Assembly: GCA_009914755.4 (NCBI GenBank)
Contig: CP068257.2
Location: 19,584,001-19,648,000, forward strand
Source: the human T2T-CHM13v2.0 reference genome, Homo sapiens
Length of the DNA: 64,000 nucleotides
Direction of reading: 5' to 3'
This document shows, piece after piece, positions 1-14,000 of this stretch. Every line of letters starts with the position of its first letter. The stretch's first letter is position 1. Under the pieces are notes generated by a model that ran no database searches, was not told the DNA's origin, and saw nothing but the letters and a program-made list of their open reading frames with translations. The translations under genes were made by a program, and so were the position numbers.

Positions 1-471
1 AATAGAAATAAGAGAATTAGCTCTCACTTTAGAGGTTTGTGACCAAGTATACTCTCAGAAAGCTCTGTTGGTGTTCAATACGGAGGGCCACAAACTAGAT
101 AGTGAATGTTTAAGTTAAAGGTTGTTGTAGGCAGAATAATGGCCCCAAAGATGTCCATGTGTCTGGAACTGGTGATTATATGTCAAAAAATAATTAAGAT
201 TGCCAATGAATTATTAAGTGTTAATCGGCTGGTCTTAAAATAGAAAGATTATTATATAATAAAAATTAGGTGGGTCCAGTGTAACCCCAGGAGTCCTTAA
301 AATAGTTTGAGTGAGATATAACTATGGAAGAAAGGCAGAGATTTGCAACTTTACTGACTTTGAAGACTGGAAAGAGGCCTCTATAACCTGGAAAAGGCAA
401 TAAGTGAAATCTCTCCTAGAACCTTCAGAAAGGAACACAGCCCTGCTGGCACTTTAATTTTAACCTGATAA

Positions 472-990
<519 letters not shown>

Positions 991-1097
991 GCCACCAAGA
1001 TTGTGATAATTTGCTTCAGCAGCAAATAGAAAACTAATGCAAAAGTAAATTGGCTTAAGTACAACTTAAATTGTTTCTACTCAATTTAAAACATTTA

Positions 1098-2289
1098 CAG
1101 TCACATGACAGTGTTTTAGTCAACCATGGACTGCGTATATGATGGTAATCTCATAAGACTATAATGGAATGAAAATTTCCTATCACCTAGTGACATTGTA
1201 GACTTTATTACATCATGGTGAAAACACATTATTCATGTGTTTGTGATGATGCTGATGTAAACAAAGCTACTGTGTTGCCAGTCAATAAACGCATAGCACA
1301 TACTTTTATGAATACTGCATAGTACTTGATATTGATGATCAATGTCTTTGTTACAGGTTTAGATATTGACTACACTATAATTTTATCATTATTTTAGAGT
1401 GTACCTTTTCTACTTGTTAAAAAAAGTTAACTGTAAAACAGCCTCATGCTGGTCTTTCAGGAGGTATTTCAGATGGCAGTTACCATAGGAGATGAAAGCT
1501 CTATGCTTGTTATTGCCCCTGAAGACTTTCCAGTGGGACACGGTGTGGAGGTAAAAGACAGTGATATTGATAATTCTGATTCTGATCTTGATCCTAGGCT
1601 AATGTATGTGTTTGCGTCACAGTTTTTAACAAAAAACATAAAACAGTTAAACCAAAAGAACTTTAAAAGTAGAAAAAAGCTTATAGAATAAGGTTATGAA
1701 GAAAGAAAGCATTTATGTACAGCTGTACAATGTGTTTGGGTTTCAAGCTATTACGAAAGTCAAAAAGTTAAAAAAAAACCTTTATAAAGTAAAAAAAGTT
1801 GCAGTAAGCTAAAGCTAAATTACAATTAAAAATAAAAATATTTTTAATAAATTGTTGTAGCCTAAGTGTACAGTGTATATAAAGTCTACAGTAGTGTATA
1901 GTAATGTTCTAGACCTTCACGTGCACTCACCACTCATTCATTCAGTCACCCTCAGCAACTTCTAGTCCTGCAAGTTCTATTCATGGTAAATGTCATACAT
2001 AGGCATATTATTTTTTCTTAATTTTTGTACTGTGTTTTACTGTATCTGTTCCATGTTTAGATATTCAAATACTTATCATTGTGTTATGATTGGCTGTAGT
2101 ATTCCGTACAATAATACGCTATAAAATTTTGTAGTCTAGGGGAAATAGGCTATACCACACAGCCTAGGTTTGTAGTACACTATAGTGTCTAGGTCTGTGT
2201 AAGCAAATTCTATCATGTCACATAATGATAAAATTACCTAAGGACACATTTTCCAGAAGGTATCTCCATCATTAAGCAATTCATGACTG
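1098..2289 (+). mobile_element. non-autonomous Tc1/mariner (pogo/Tigger-like) DNA transposon, ~1.2 kb
   Basis: Starts CAGTCACATGAC and ends CATGACTG, a short terminal inverted repeat. It is flanked by TA at 1096-1097 and 2290-2291, consistent with a TA target-site duplication. The internal sequence matches a frequent human repeat consensus from memory; family name not asserted. Confidence 0.55.
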
Positions 2290-2949
2290 TATTTAGTTCA
2301 GCTCCTTCAATGAACTATTCCTCTTATTTCATCCCTTTCATGTATTATACTCGACCTCCTAAATCTATTTCAATTCCAGTAATTCTTCAAAATCATACTC
2401 CTATGTATTTCATAATTTAATGTGCCCATGAATCACTTTCTTATTATCGTAGAATGTAAATTCTGATTCAAACTGGGGTGGGGCCTTAGATTCTGCATTT
2501 TTTATAAGCTGCTGGTACACAAAGCATACTTTGCTATCCTGAGCTGATAAGATTGCCACAGGTGGCACTAAAGGCATAACTTGTTTTATTACACCATGCT
2601 AATATTGCTCTTGACAGATATTTCATATTTTACAAATTGAATTTTTGTGGCAACCATGCCTTGAGTAAGTCTGTCAGTGCTATTTTTCCAGGAGCGTGTA
2701 CTCACCTCATGTCTCTGTGTCATGTTTCAGTAATTCTTACAATATTGCAAACTTTCTCACTAATGTATCTGTTACGGTGATCTGTGATCAGTGATCTTTG
2801 AAGATAAAATTGTAATTGTTTTGGGGCACCACGAACTGCACTCATATAAGACGGTGAATCCTTCAGTAAATGTTGTGTGTTCCTACTGTTTCATTCATTG
2901 GCCAGTCCCTCATTTTTCTCCCTCTTCTCTGGTCTCCCTATTCTCCAAC

Positions 2950-4745
2950 ACATAATAATATTGAAATTTGGTCAATTACCACCCCTACAATGGCCTCTAA
3001 GTGTTCAAGTGAAGGAAAGAGTCAAACAGGTCTCTCAATTTAAAACAAAATACAGAAGTGATTCACCAAATTTCCCAGGAAGTCATGTGAAAAGACAAGA
3101 TAGGCTGAAAGCTATCCTCTCACTTCAAACAGTTAGCCAAGTTGTTAATGAAAAGGAGAGTTATTGGAGGAAACTAAAAATGTTACTCCATTTAACACTT
3201 GGGTGAAAAGAAGGAAAAACAGCTTTATTGCTAATACAGAGAAAGCTTTATTAGTCTAGCTAGAAGACCAAACCAGTGGTAATATTCCCTTAAGCCATTG
3301 CCTAATCCGGAGCAATACCCTAGTATTATTCAATTTTGCAAAGGCTGTGGGAGCTAGAGAAGAAAAAGTTTGAAACTAGCAGAGGCTGGCACATGGAATT
3401 TTTAAAAAGAAGCCATCTTCATAAAAATGTTAGGTGAATTTGGAAATAGTGATGGAGAAGCTGCAGCAAGTTATCCAGAAGATCCAGATAAGATCATTGA
3501 TGAAGATGGCTACAGTAAACAACACATTCTCAGTGTAGGTGAAATAACATTCTATTGGAAGGAGATACCATCTATGTGACTTTCATAGCTACAGAGAAGT
3601 AAATGCCGGGCTTCAAACCTTCAAAGGACAGATGTCTCTCTTGGTGTGGGGCAGGGGGTGGCTAATGCAGCTGATGACTAATTTGAAGCCAATGCTTATT
3701 TACCATTTTGAAAGTCTAATGCCCTTAAGAATTATGCTAAATCTCCTCTGCCTGTGCATGTAAGCGGACCAACAAAGCCTGGATGACAGCACATAGCTTT
3801 ATAACATGATGTACTGAATATTTTAAGCCTACAGTTGAGACCTACTACGCAAGAAAAAAGATTCTTTCAAATATTACTGATTATTAATTGACAGTGAATC
3901 TTGTCACCCAAGAGCTCTGATGCAGATGTACAAGAAGATAAATGTTGTTTTCATGCCTGCTAAAACAACATCCATTCTACAGTTCATGGATCAAGCAGTA
4001 ATCTCAACTTTCAAGTCTTATTATTAAAGCAATACATTTCATAAGGCTGTAGCTTTTATAGATAGTGATTCCTCTGATGGATCTGGGCAAAGTAAATTGA
4101 AAACTTTCTGGAAAGGATTTACCACTCTACATGCCATTAAGAATGTTTGTAATGCATGGGAAGAAGTCAAAATGTCGTTAGTAACAGGAGTTAGGAATAA
4201 GTTGATTCCACCCTTCATGGAGGACTTGAGAGGTTCCAAATTATCAGTCAGAATGTAACTTCAAATGTGGCGGAAATAAAAAGAGAACTATAGTAAAAGT
4301 GGAGCATGACGATGTGACATAAGACTTGCTGCAATCTTATGACAAAACTTTAACAAACAAGGATTTCCTTCCTATGGATGAGCAAAGGAAGTGGTTTCTA
4401 GATGGAGTCTACACCTGGTGAAGATGCTATGAACATTGTTGAAATGTGGCAAAGGATTCAGAATATTACTAAAACTTAGTTGATAAAGCAGCAGCAAGTT
4501 TTGAGAGGACTGACTCTCATTTTCAAAGAAGTCCTACTGTGGATAAAATGCTATCAAAAACATTGAATCCTATAGAGAATTATTTTGTGAAACAAAGAGG
4601 CAATGGGTGCACCAAACTTTATTGTTGTCTTGTTTTAAGAAATTGGCACAACCACCTCAATCTTCAGTAACCACTCTCTGATCAGTCTGCAGCCATGACG
4701 TTGATGCAAAACCCTCCACCAGTAAAAAAAAATTTACTTCTTACA
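2950..4745 (+). mobile_element. Tigger1-like pogo DNA transposon internal fragment, with decayed transposase coding region and no terminal repeats
   Basis: Conceptual translation of 3400-4700 gives recognisable pogo/CENP-B-type transposase segments, e.g. [107 protein letters not shown]. These are interrupted by many stops and frameshifts. The 5' boundary is uncertain. Confidence 0.7.
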
Positions 4746-6697
4746 TACTCTGTTGATAACTTGTGTGGATTATTATTCTCATTTTCCTTTTATTTTATGC
4801 AACACACATATATGCATAGTCATTTAGCACTCTTAGTCCTCTTACTATTTACTAAACTGCCTTGATTAAATGTCATATTGTATTGAATCACCTTTACATA
4901 ATTTCTTACATGATTTTTCATTCTATAAATATAAAATTTAATTAGGTAATTTCTAGAATCACAAAAATATCCATGCAGTAAAAACAGGTTCAATAACATT
5001 TAGTATTTTTAAGAGATTTACTTTTATTTTTCGGATTTTTTCATTTCATATCTGTGAGAACCATTATACATGGTCAATACTCTGCTTTAAAACTCATTAC
5101 TATCTAGTTATATTTTCTATAATAAAGTATTTCTTTTCCAATGTGTCACAAAGCTCATGATTTCAGGTTATATAAAGGAAATGGTGAATAAATTGCAAGG
5201 AAAATATTACCCTTCTTTCTTTCAAGCTAAATATGCATATTTCCATTCAGTAATCGCCAACATAGAGAGTGCCAGTATTAGATTTTTGTGAGCCATGCAG
5301 TGCTCTTAAGAATTTATAAAACAGGGAAACATAAAGTTTGAGTGAGTGCACCATGCAATGTTATGTGATATATAGCAGATTTTGTCAGTACTGTGGAAGC
5401 AGCCTTGCTCTGAAAGTTCTTTTCCGACTAGAGTTTGATTGAAGCACACGACTGAAAGAGAAAACAGTTATATTAATAAAATTCAGAAGTCAATGCTTTA
5501 TCTCAAAACACTGCCAAACTGCATACAATATAAACAGAGATAAAATGACATGCCTAAGACGAATAAAACATCATCTAAAAACAGAAAATAAAGCAGAAAA
5601 AGCATTTGCTATCATCACATTTCAAACACAATTGGAGAGGCCTGAAAGATAGCCCATATGAAAGAGAAAGCAATCACGGAACACAGTGCATGGCAAGGTG
5701 GGGAGTGGGAGGCCCAGAGCTCTCTAGAACATTTATTATCATTGCGGAGCTCAGAAAGTACTTTTCTTGTGAAGCCACTGACACTCGGTTTTCAATCCAG
5801 CCATATAAATGTGTAGCAATTTGAGAGTCAGCACAGAATGTTAAAGACAAAATTTTCCCCCATGGGTGTTATCAGATACTGCAAAGTCTTTAAGACTTGA
5901 AGGTTTTTCACATTTCCACGCTTCTGTGAATAAGAAAGAAATTTCTCCAAAAAAGAAAAGCAATTTTGTTTGCTGTGAGAGTTAGCGAATGGCCCTCCAT
6001 TCTGCTTCAGATGTTACTGTATTTCCACTATGCTTAAGATGTCTTTGTTTTATCCTAAATATACAGAATGTTTAAAGATAACCCAGGTAGAATATAAACA
6101 AATACGTAGATACTATTCTTTTATCTATAGCTTGTACTTTCAAATAGCTGTCCTTCACCAATGGATTGTTTTAAATAATTGTTTGTACAAAATACTTGTA
6201 ATCATTGCAAAAGCACATATAAATATATGTTAAATATGTTTTTAGAGGTAATATAAAAATTTGCCTCTAAATTTCACACAACAGTCCTCATTTTATATAC
6301 ATTCATTAAATCCCAAATAAAATTAATATAAAGAGAATATTATCTATACAGTGGCAATATTTGGTAAAGTTTCATTTGTAATATATGATTAGCAGACAAA
6401 GACTGAACCTGAACAGATGCCCTTATATTGGGAAGCCTATTGTAAAATTAATAGATTTTAATGTTATATGTAGAACCATTGTCCATAGCATTCCTCTTAG
6501 CAATTGTAAAACCATTAAAACCAATGATGAAATAGAAAAGTTAGTTGCATATTACCTTAAAAATTATCAACTATAAAAGAAAAGTAAGAGCTCTGCTTCA
6601 TTATATATTAGAATGGCATGTATGAAATGTTGGCTCCTTTCCAAATCATACAAAACAATTTACAGTTTTTGCAGAGGACTTAGAAGTACCTAACATA

Positions 6698-7135
6698 AAA
6701 GACATGGAATCAACCCAAGTGCCCATCAACAATAGGCTGAAGAAAACATGGTACATATACACCATGGAATACTATGCAGCCATGGAAAGGAATAGATCAT
6801 GTTCTTTGCAGGGACATGGATGAAGCTGGAAACCATCATCCTCAGCAAACTAACACAGGAACTGAGAACCAAACACCACATGTTCTCACTTAAAGTGGGA
6901 GCTGAACAATGAGAACACGTTGACACAGGGCGGGGAACAACACACACTGGGGCTTGTCAGGGGGTCGGGAGGGAGAGCATTAGGAAAGATAGCTAATACA
7001 TACTGGACTTAATACTTAGGTAATGGGTTGATAGGTGCAGCAAACCACCATGGCACATGTTTATCCATGTAACAAACCTGCACATCCTGCACATGTACCC
7101 CAGATCTAAAAAAAATACAAAAAATAACAAGTACC
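6698..7135 (+). mobile_element. L1 LINE 3' end fragment (ORF2 C-terminus plus 3' UTR)
   Basis: AAAGACATGGAATCAACCCAAGTGCCCATCAACAATAGGCTGAAGAAAACATGGTACATATACACCATGGAATACTATGCAGCCATGGAAAGGAATAGATCATGTTCTTTGCAGGGACATGGATGAAGCTGGAAACCATCATCCTCAGCAAACTAACACAGGA ... GTAACAAACCTGCACATCCTGCACATGTACCCCAGATCTAAAAAAAATAC. This is canonical L1 3'-terminal sequence followed by an A-rich tail. Confidence 0.85.
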
Positions 7136-7574
7136 CAACATATATTGTTTCTTTTGAAGGTGATGAAATTTACATATACGGCAGTTTATAGAATTTCTCA
7201 AAGCTCACATCATGAATTAATGTCATAGTTGTATCTCAGTGTGTTAATTAAATGATGCTAAATAACTTATTACAGGGGTCAGAATATGTATGCATATTTT
7301 ATCACTAGTACTAGATATAAACCTGTTTATTTTATTTAAATTTTAGTTTTATATTCTATTTAATATCTTAATATTTACTCATAAATTTCACCTAAAATTA
7401 AAGTTGTAAATTATGCAGCAAATTAAAATTAAATTGAATTTCCAGAAATCACAGCATGTAATAATATTCCAAAGTTGATTTGGAGTGTGGCCAACACACC
7501 AAAGAATTAATGAACATACTTATCTATTGTCATACATAGTAATATCTAAATTATTCTACCAAAAAGAAACCTGC

Positions 7575-8030
7575 ATTTATATGTTTATCATAGCACTACT
7601 CACAACAGCAAAGACATGGGATCAACCTCGGTGGCTATCGATAGTGGTGGTACATACACACCATAGAATACTAGGCCACCATAAAAAGAATGAAATCATG
7701 TCCTTTGTGGCAACATGGATGCAGCTGGAGGCCATTTTCGTAAGCAAATTAACGCAGAAACAGAAAACCAAATGCTGCATGTTCTCACTTATAAGTAAGA
7801 TATAAACAATGAGCACACACAGACACAAAGATGGGAACAATAGACACGGGATTTCAAAAGCGGGGAGAGAAGAAGGGAGGCAAAGGATGAAAAACTACCT
7901 ATTGGGTGCTACGTGCACTACTGGGACGACAGGATTATTAGAAGCACAAACCTCAGCATCCTACAAAATACCCATATAACAAACCTGCACATATACCCCC
8001 AAATTTAAAATTAAAATAAATAAAAAATAA
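7575..8030 (+). mobile_element. second, more diverged L1 3' end fragment
   Basis: ATGTTTATCATAGCACTACTCACAACAGCAAAGACATGGGATCAACCTCGGTG ... ATGGATGCAGCTGGAGGCCATTTTCGTAAGCAAATTAACGCAGAAACAGAAAACCAAATGCTGCATGTTCTCACTTATAAGT ... AACAAACCTGCACATATACCCCCAAATTTAAAATTAAAATAAATAAAAAATAAAA. The L1 ORF2 C-terminus and 3' UTR are collinear with the consensus. Confidence 0.8.
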
Positions 8031-11000
8031 AATACTTTAGTTTTGGATTTCAGAATAGGCAACATAAAGGGAAACAGAAACAAATGTATGTGAGTTAGGT
8101 TGATATTCATTACCTCAGATTTAATTTTGAGTAAACACAACTAAGAATAACACTTAGAAATCCCTGATACAATTTTCTTTGAAAATACTGAAGAAGAAGA
8201 TAGTATTTGAATTTTAACACAGGCAGTTTTGTTGGACTACATGCCACAATGTCTATTATGTTTGTTTCAGAACTAAAAATATATAAAGTACTACCAAACC
8301 TTAAAAGTAGCAAGAAAGCCAACTGCCCTGATGAGATCATAGTCGACTTGCCTTGAACTGTCTGAAGATGTCTGTATCTGTGATTGTTATTCACAAAGGA
8401 CAGCCTGCTTACAATCAAAGGCTGTATTAGTAATGAAGAGTAATAAACAGTAGAGCTTTTGGAATTCTGTGCAAGTATAGTTGAATCACTTTAGAAACAG
8501 AGCTCTTATAATTCACACACTGTCCATCTTCACCTAGGAACAACACAAGGGTACTTTAACATTAGAAAGCATATTAATACATTTGACCACCTTCATAGAT
8601 CAAAGGAGGAAAAATATACATATGATTATCGAAGTTGATGGAAGAAGAGAAAGAATTTAAAACTCATTTATAATAAGAACTATTAGCAAGTTGGTAATAA
8701 TATATAATCTTACTCTGATAAAGTCTATGAACAACCTATGGCAAATATAATTAATGGAGAAAGTTAGTTTACATTATGTTTAAAGTAAGGCATAAGACAA
8801 TGTTACTGCAAACAAATATTCTGTTGAACATAGAATTAAAGATACTAGTAAGTGCTATAGTGAAAAAATAATAAGTAAAGAATTTAAAAGGACTGGAAAA
8901 GAAAAATAATACTATTATTGCAGATTATATAATTGATGACAGTAAATCAAGAGGATCTACAGGCAAACTATTAAGGTCCATTAAAATGTTCACCTAGATC
9001 ACTGAATCCACATTTCATACAAAGAAAAGGTAGTTACTATAAAAACATAAAAGAAGATTATTTAAGTTCAAATAAAAAGATACTTTTTAGAGTTGTAAAT
9101 ATAAGTCATGTAAAAGTAAGGTTAAAAATACAGAAAACGTAGTCAAAACCCCAAGGATCTAAATAATAACAAGATATGTTTATTGTTAGAAAGATCAAAC
9201 ATAATGATGAATAATTTAATAAAATAATATGCAAATCCAAGTCAGTTCCAAACAGCATTTCATAGTTTTTCATAGAACATGAGCTTCCGAATAGAAAATG
9301 AAATTGGAAATGTAAATGTTGATGAATAGCAAAGATTATTTTGGAGAATAAAACGAGGTGGTTTATTTCTCTAGCAGATATGTCTAAATAAAAGCTGTAT
9401 TAATTTCTTGTTAGCATTTTAAATTGTGGAGAAATCATTCAATTAATAATTGATAGAAAATTGGCTATCTGAATGGAAAAAATTTGAGTTATATCCCTGT
9501 CTCAGCCTACAAGTTAGAAAAGAAGTCTTTCCAAATAAGTTAAAGAGCTTTTGTGAGTAGCACAATTTTAAAACTTAGAGAAATATAAGTGATCTTTTAT
9601 GATTGTTAAGTAAGGGAAACAAGATAAATAATACAACTAATGACTTTTAATGAATTTGATTTCATAAAATTTAAAAATTCCTGTGAGATGAGAAAAATGA
9701 TAAAAGCTCAGACTGAAGGTCAATCACAGGTAGGGAGTGGAACATACAACCCATGCCACTGATAAAGGGTTAGAAAGATATGCATCAATAACAAAAGAAC
9801 AGGAACCTAATGGAGAATTGCTAAAGAAAGTCAACAGAGAATTTATAGAAAATGAAAACTAAATGGCCAATTATGGTCTCACTAGTAATCAGACAAATGG
9901 TTATTTTAACAAAGACATTGGTAAAAAGATATAAGTCTAATAGCATCAAATGCTAGAGGGGCTGTCAGATTAATACATGATTAATGGAAATAGAAAGTCA
10001 TACAATTTATTAAATTTAGGAAATTAAAGTTTTACAATCATGATACATTAGCAATTTTCTGCCTGATATCTAGTCTGCAGAAACTCTTGAATATATAATT
10101 TGTGTTGTTTGTTATTGCAGTGACTGTAATAACAGAAAAGTAAAATCAACAAAAGTATGTTTCTGTTAGAGAATAGATAAACTACAATTTATTCTCACAA
10201 TGAAATATTATATACTGGTGAAGAGGAATGAAGTACCTCTTCATGAATCATGATGAAAAAAATCTGAAAACACTGAGAGAAGTATTCAAATATTAAATAT
10301 TTCAAAATTATATGTTAAAAAGGATACAGTTCATGTAAAACTTTAAAACACAGAAATGATATGTTTTGTGTGTTTAGATTGCATATATGTAGACTAAAGA
10401 TAAAACTCTTCATAGGAACCATCAATATTACTTTGGAGATAGTATTTACACCTGGGAGGCAAGAAAGGAGAAGGGATGGCAGTTGGATATTAGTCATATC
10501 TGCTGCAACTTTTAACACTTTGTTTATTAAATAAAAATCCAGACAAAGTATGGCAAAACATTGTATCTTAATACTGGGTCATAATTGTTGTTACATTTTT
10601 ATTTTGTATTTTTCTTTATGTTTGCATTTAATTATTGTTTTTAAACATAAAACAAGTAATTTCTAAATTATATCTAGAGTTATTTTGTATAAACATATGA
10701 TTTAAGTTACTCTTTTCTGTATTTCAAAATGTATGTGTGTATGTTCTTGTGAAATGGCTTTAGATTAATAATAATGGTGGACATTTTCTTCTTCCATTAT
10801 TTTCTCTACCCTATGCTGCCCACAAAACACATTGAACTTGCTTGGAGATGTTAATGTGGTATTTGAGGGGATTTTAATTTATCAAAATAATTTAAAAGTA
10901 ATAAAATATACCTAAATGCATTATCAAATGCCTGTCACTTTAATATCTTAATAACCTATGTTTGATTTGCTGCATTGCTTGCAATAGAGACTAGTAAATA

Positions 11001-14000
11001 CGAAGTTATAGACACATTTCTCATTTCATAGTGTTGACTTTGTTCATGTCAAAATTATATTCGAAATACATGGAAAACAAAATATGATAGTGTCTTTAAT
11101 AAGATGTCACTTTAACAACTTATATCTTAGGCATTATAGTATTAATAAATACTTTCTATTGCTTTCTTTGTGTTGTGGACATTTGCAGATACTTTGCATA
11201 CATACATTTATTTAATCTTCATACACCCAATGGCTCAGCTCTTATAGATGAGACACATAGAGTCAAGAATGTCAAGTAAGTTGCCCAAGGTTGCATAGCC
11301 GGGAAGTGGTACATATGGCAATTGCATTGTAATAGTTGTCTTCCAGATTAAGTGCTTATTTCATTATCTCATTATCTCATTCTGCCTATGAATCCCTTTT
11401 GTTCATACCATATTGTATGTGAATCTAGTCCCTAACTAGTTCAATAAGTACTTAGTGAATCCATTCTTGTATCAGTTATTGTTCCTGGACTGGTAGTATG
11501 GAAGCGATAAGGATTTTTCATGAACCAAAAATATATTAGCCATCTCAGACGTATTTACAAGCCAAGGTTTTTAAGCTTCTCTGAACTGTAAATTGGTCAG
11601 TGTTTTGGAGATTACATTAAGTCTTGTATAAAATCAATAAAAATATCATATAACATTATTAAAATATATGCACAAGAACTGTTCTAACAGATTTATATTT
11701 ATTTGAGAGAAACACACAAGTAAGAGGTAGTTATTATTATTCTCATTTTAACAATGAGTAATCTTAGGCATATAAATTTTATGGACTTTGTCTAAATTCT
11801 CATATTCATGACATGCCTGATTTGGATGATTACTCTCTGTCAGTAGTCCTGAAATGCCATTTGTTTGCAAAAAGAAAAAAAATACAGAAAATATTTAATT
11901 TTTATTTATTTTTAATTACTCTATAATGTATTAAAAATGGAAAGAAGCAATCATTTTTCTATATTCATCTCATCCATATTCTTCTTTTAAGTTTTTTAAA
12001 AATCATTGTCTCACTTTTTTTTGAGATTATGATGATAAAAGGTGATTTCGGATTTGTTTGATTTTAATGTCCTGTATAAAAAGATAAAAATTGGCCACGC
12101 TGTCTATTCCCAAAATATTTATTTTGTTTCCATTATGTGATTTTACTGGACCATGTATTCCAAGCCTGAGGCCCAAAGATACTAAAGCACTCTTTTTCGA
12201 TCACCATATGCTTTCATCCTATAAGTAGAAATATTATTCTGTGATGTTTCTTCTTTCCTCTCTATCCTCTCTCTTTCCCACTCTCATCTCATCACGATGA
12301 AAAATATCAAGTCTGTCTCATTCATATTTGTAAATTGTTTTGCTGTCAGTAGGGTGCTTAGCCATAATCTGTTTTTAAGCATTGTGTCAAAATTGAATCA
12401 TGTTGCCCTCCAAAATGTTCTCAGGTGATGTTAGGACCAGAAAATGGGAAAACCACACTTTCATGAGTATTCCGTTTAAGGGCTTATAATTTAATCACAA
12501 AAATATTGCATAAAATATACTTAGGTCTTGGTTCATTAACAACACTTCTGGTAATACCTATGGAGTTCAGAACCATGGACAGAGTATGCTCTCCTACCTT
12601 CTCCCTGTAGTTGTAGGTGACTGGAATATTTTATTATAGAAAGAGATAATGAGAGATATGTAGACACAATTTGGGAAATTATAACGTATTTCCGAGGACA
12701 TTACTCCAGTGTGTGCTGGATGTGAAATTTTGAAAATTTAAAAATTTGCAAAATTAACAAGCAATTTCTGGCAAGATGAGTGATTGAGAATTAATTATTG
12801 CTAAAACCCTAGAAGTGATATATTGATTTTCAGTAAGAAAATTTGAAAGTACAATGCCAAAAGTACCTAGTTGCCTAACTCTTGAAGCTATAGAGCTGAT
12901 TTAGTAGATGAGGGAGCAGTAAATTTAGCAGAATTTTTCATAAAAGAGAGATGTGCTTGGAACATCCAAAATATTACCTAATAAATTGAACTTCTCTGGG
13001 ATTTATATGGCAGTTATCCCTTTTATAATTTAATGAGCAAAGTTCTGACAAAAACTTACAGGAATATATGTATCATTATCATGTACTTCCTGGGAAAACA
13101 GTATAAGACTTTCACTTTTGGAAAAAGAAACAGAATATAAAATTAAATTTAACTGCCAAAAGACTTGGCTTATTATAAGTATAATTTTATACTATAGAAT
13201 TAATGCATATTATTATGGACAATTGCTAATGACTCTATGTATTAAACTATGTTTCAAGGACAGTTTTAGTAGTTTAATAATTGTTAGAAATTTTTAAGGG
13301 GCAAAATATAGGAGAGTTTATTTAATATATCTTGGTTCTAAAACCTTGTAAAAATTTCCATCGGAGTAAATATTATACAGAATAATTTGATTTGAGGGGA
13401 ACTCATAATGAGATATTATTTATGGATATTATGTAGGTCATACTGTTTCCAACCAAACACATGTTACCTTAATGTGTCATTTTCTCATCTATTGAGGTCT
13501 AAGATTTCCAAACAACTGATGAATATCTCTTTAAATGTAAAACCATATTTGTGTATATAATTACCTCTTTACATAATTATTTTACATTCATTTTGTATGT
13601 TTTCTGCCTACATAAACAGCATATGCTCAATACAATGGCTTTTCTTGATATTTTACCATTATAAAAACCAGCTTTCTTAATTGTAATACATTTTCCTCAG
13701 TCGTGTCAGTTTTTTAGCTCCTAACTCAGAACCACCCCTTCACATTCCACCTCACTCTTAAAGATAATTTTAAATCCTTTCTCCCCAGTTATCTTGCAGG
13801 AAGGGTGAACTCTGATGATACTTGACTCATAGAGAGGATCAGAAGGAGCTTTCTGATGGTTGAGGGCTGTAGATTCCTGTCACCCAAGTAATGCTAGAGT
13901 TACTTAAATTTTTACCAGTTATGCATGTTTGCATTTTTCTTATACTCAAATTATATGAAGAAAATGTACATAATTTTTGAACAACACATAAATGGATACA

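Noticed and set aside
1446-1691. An 81-aa ORF (MLVFQEVFQMAVTIGDESSMLVIAPEDFPVGHGVEVKDSDIDNSDSDLDPR..).
   Set aside because: It lies inside the non-autonomous Tc1/mariner-type element (1098-2289). Homologous copies of this repeat elsewhere carry the same pseudo-ORF, so it is not a gene.
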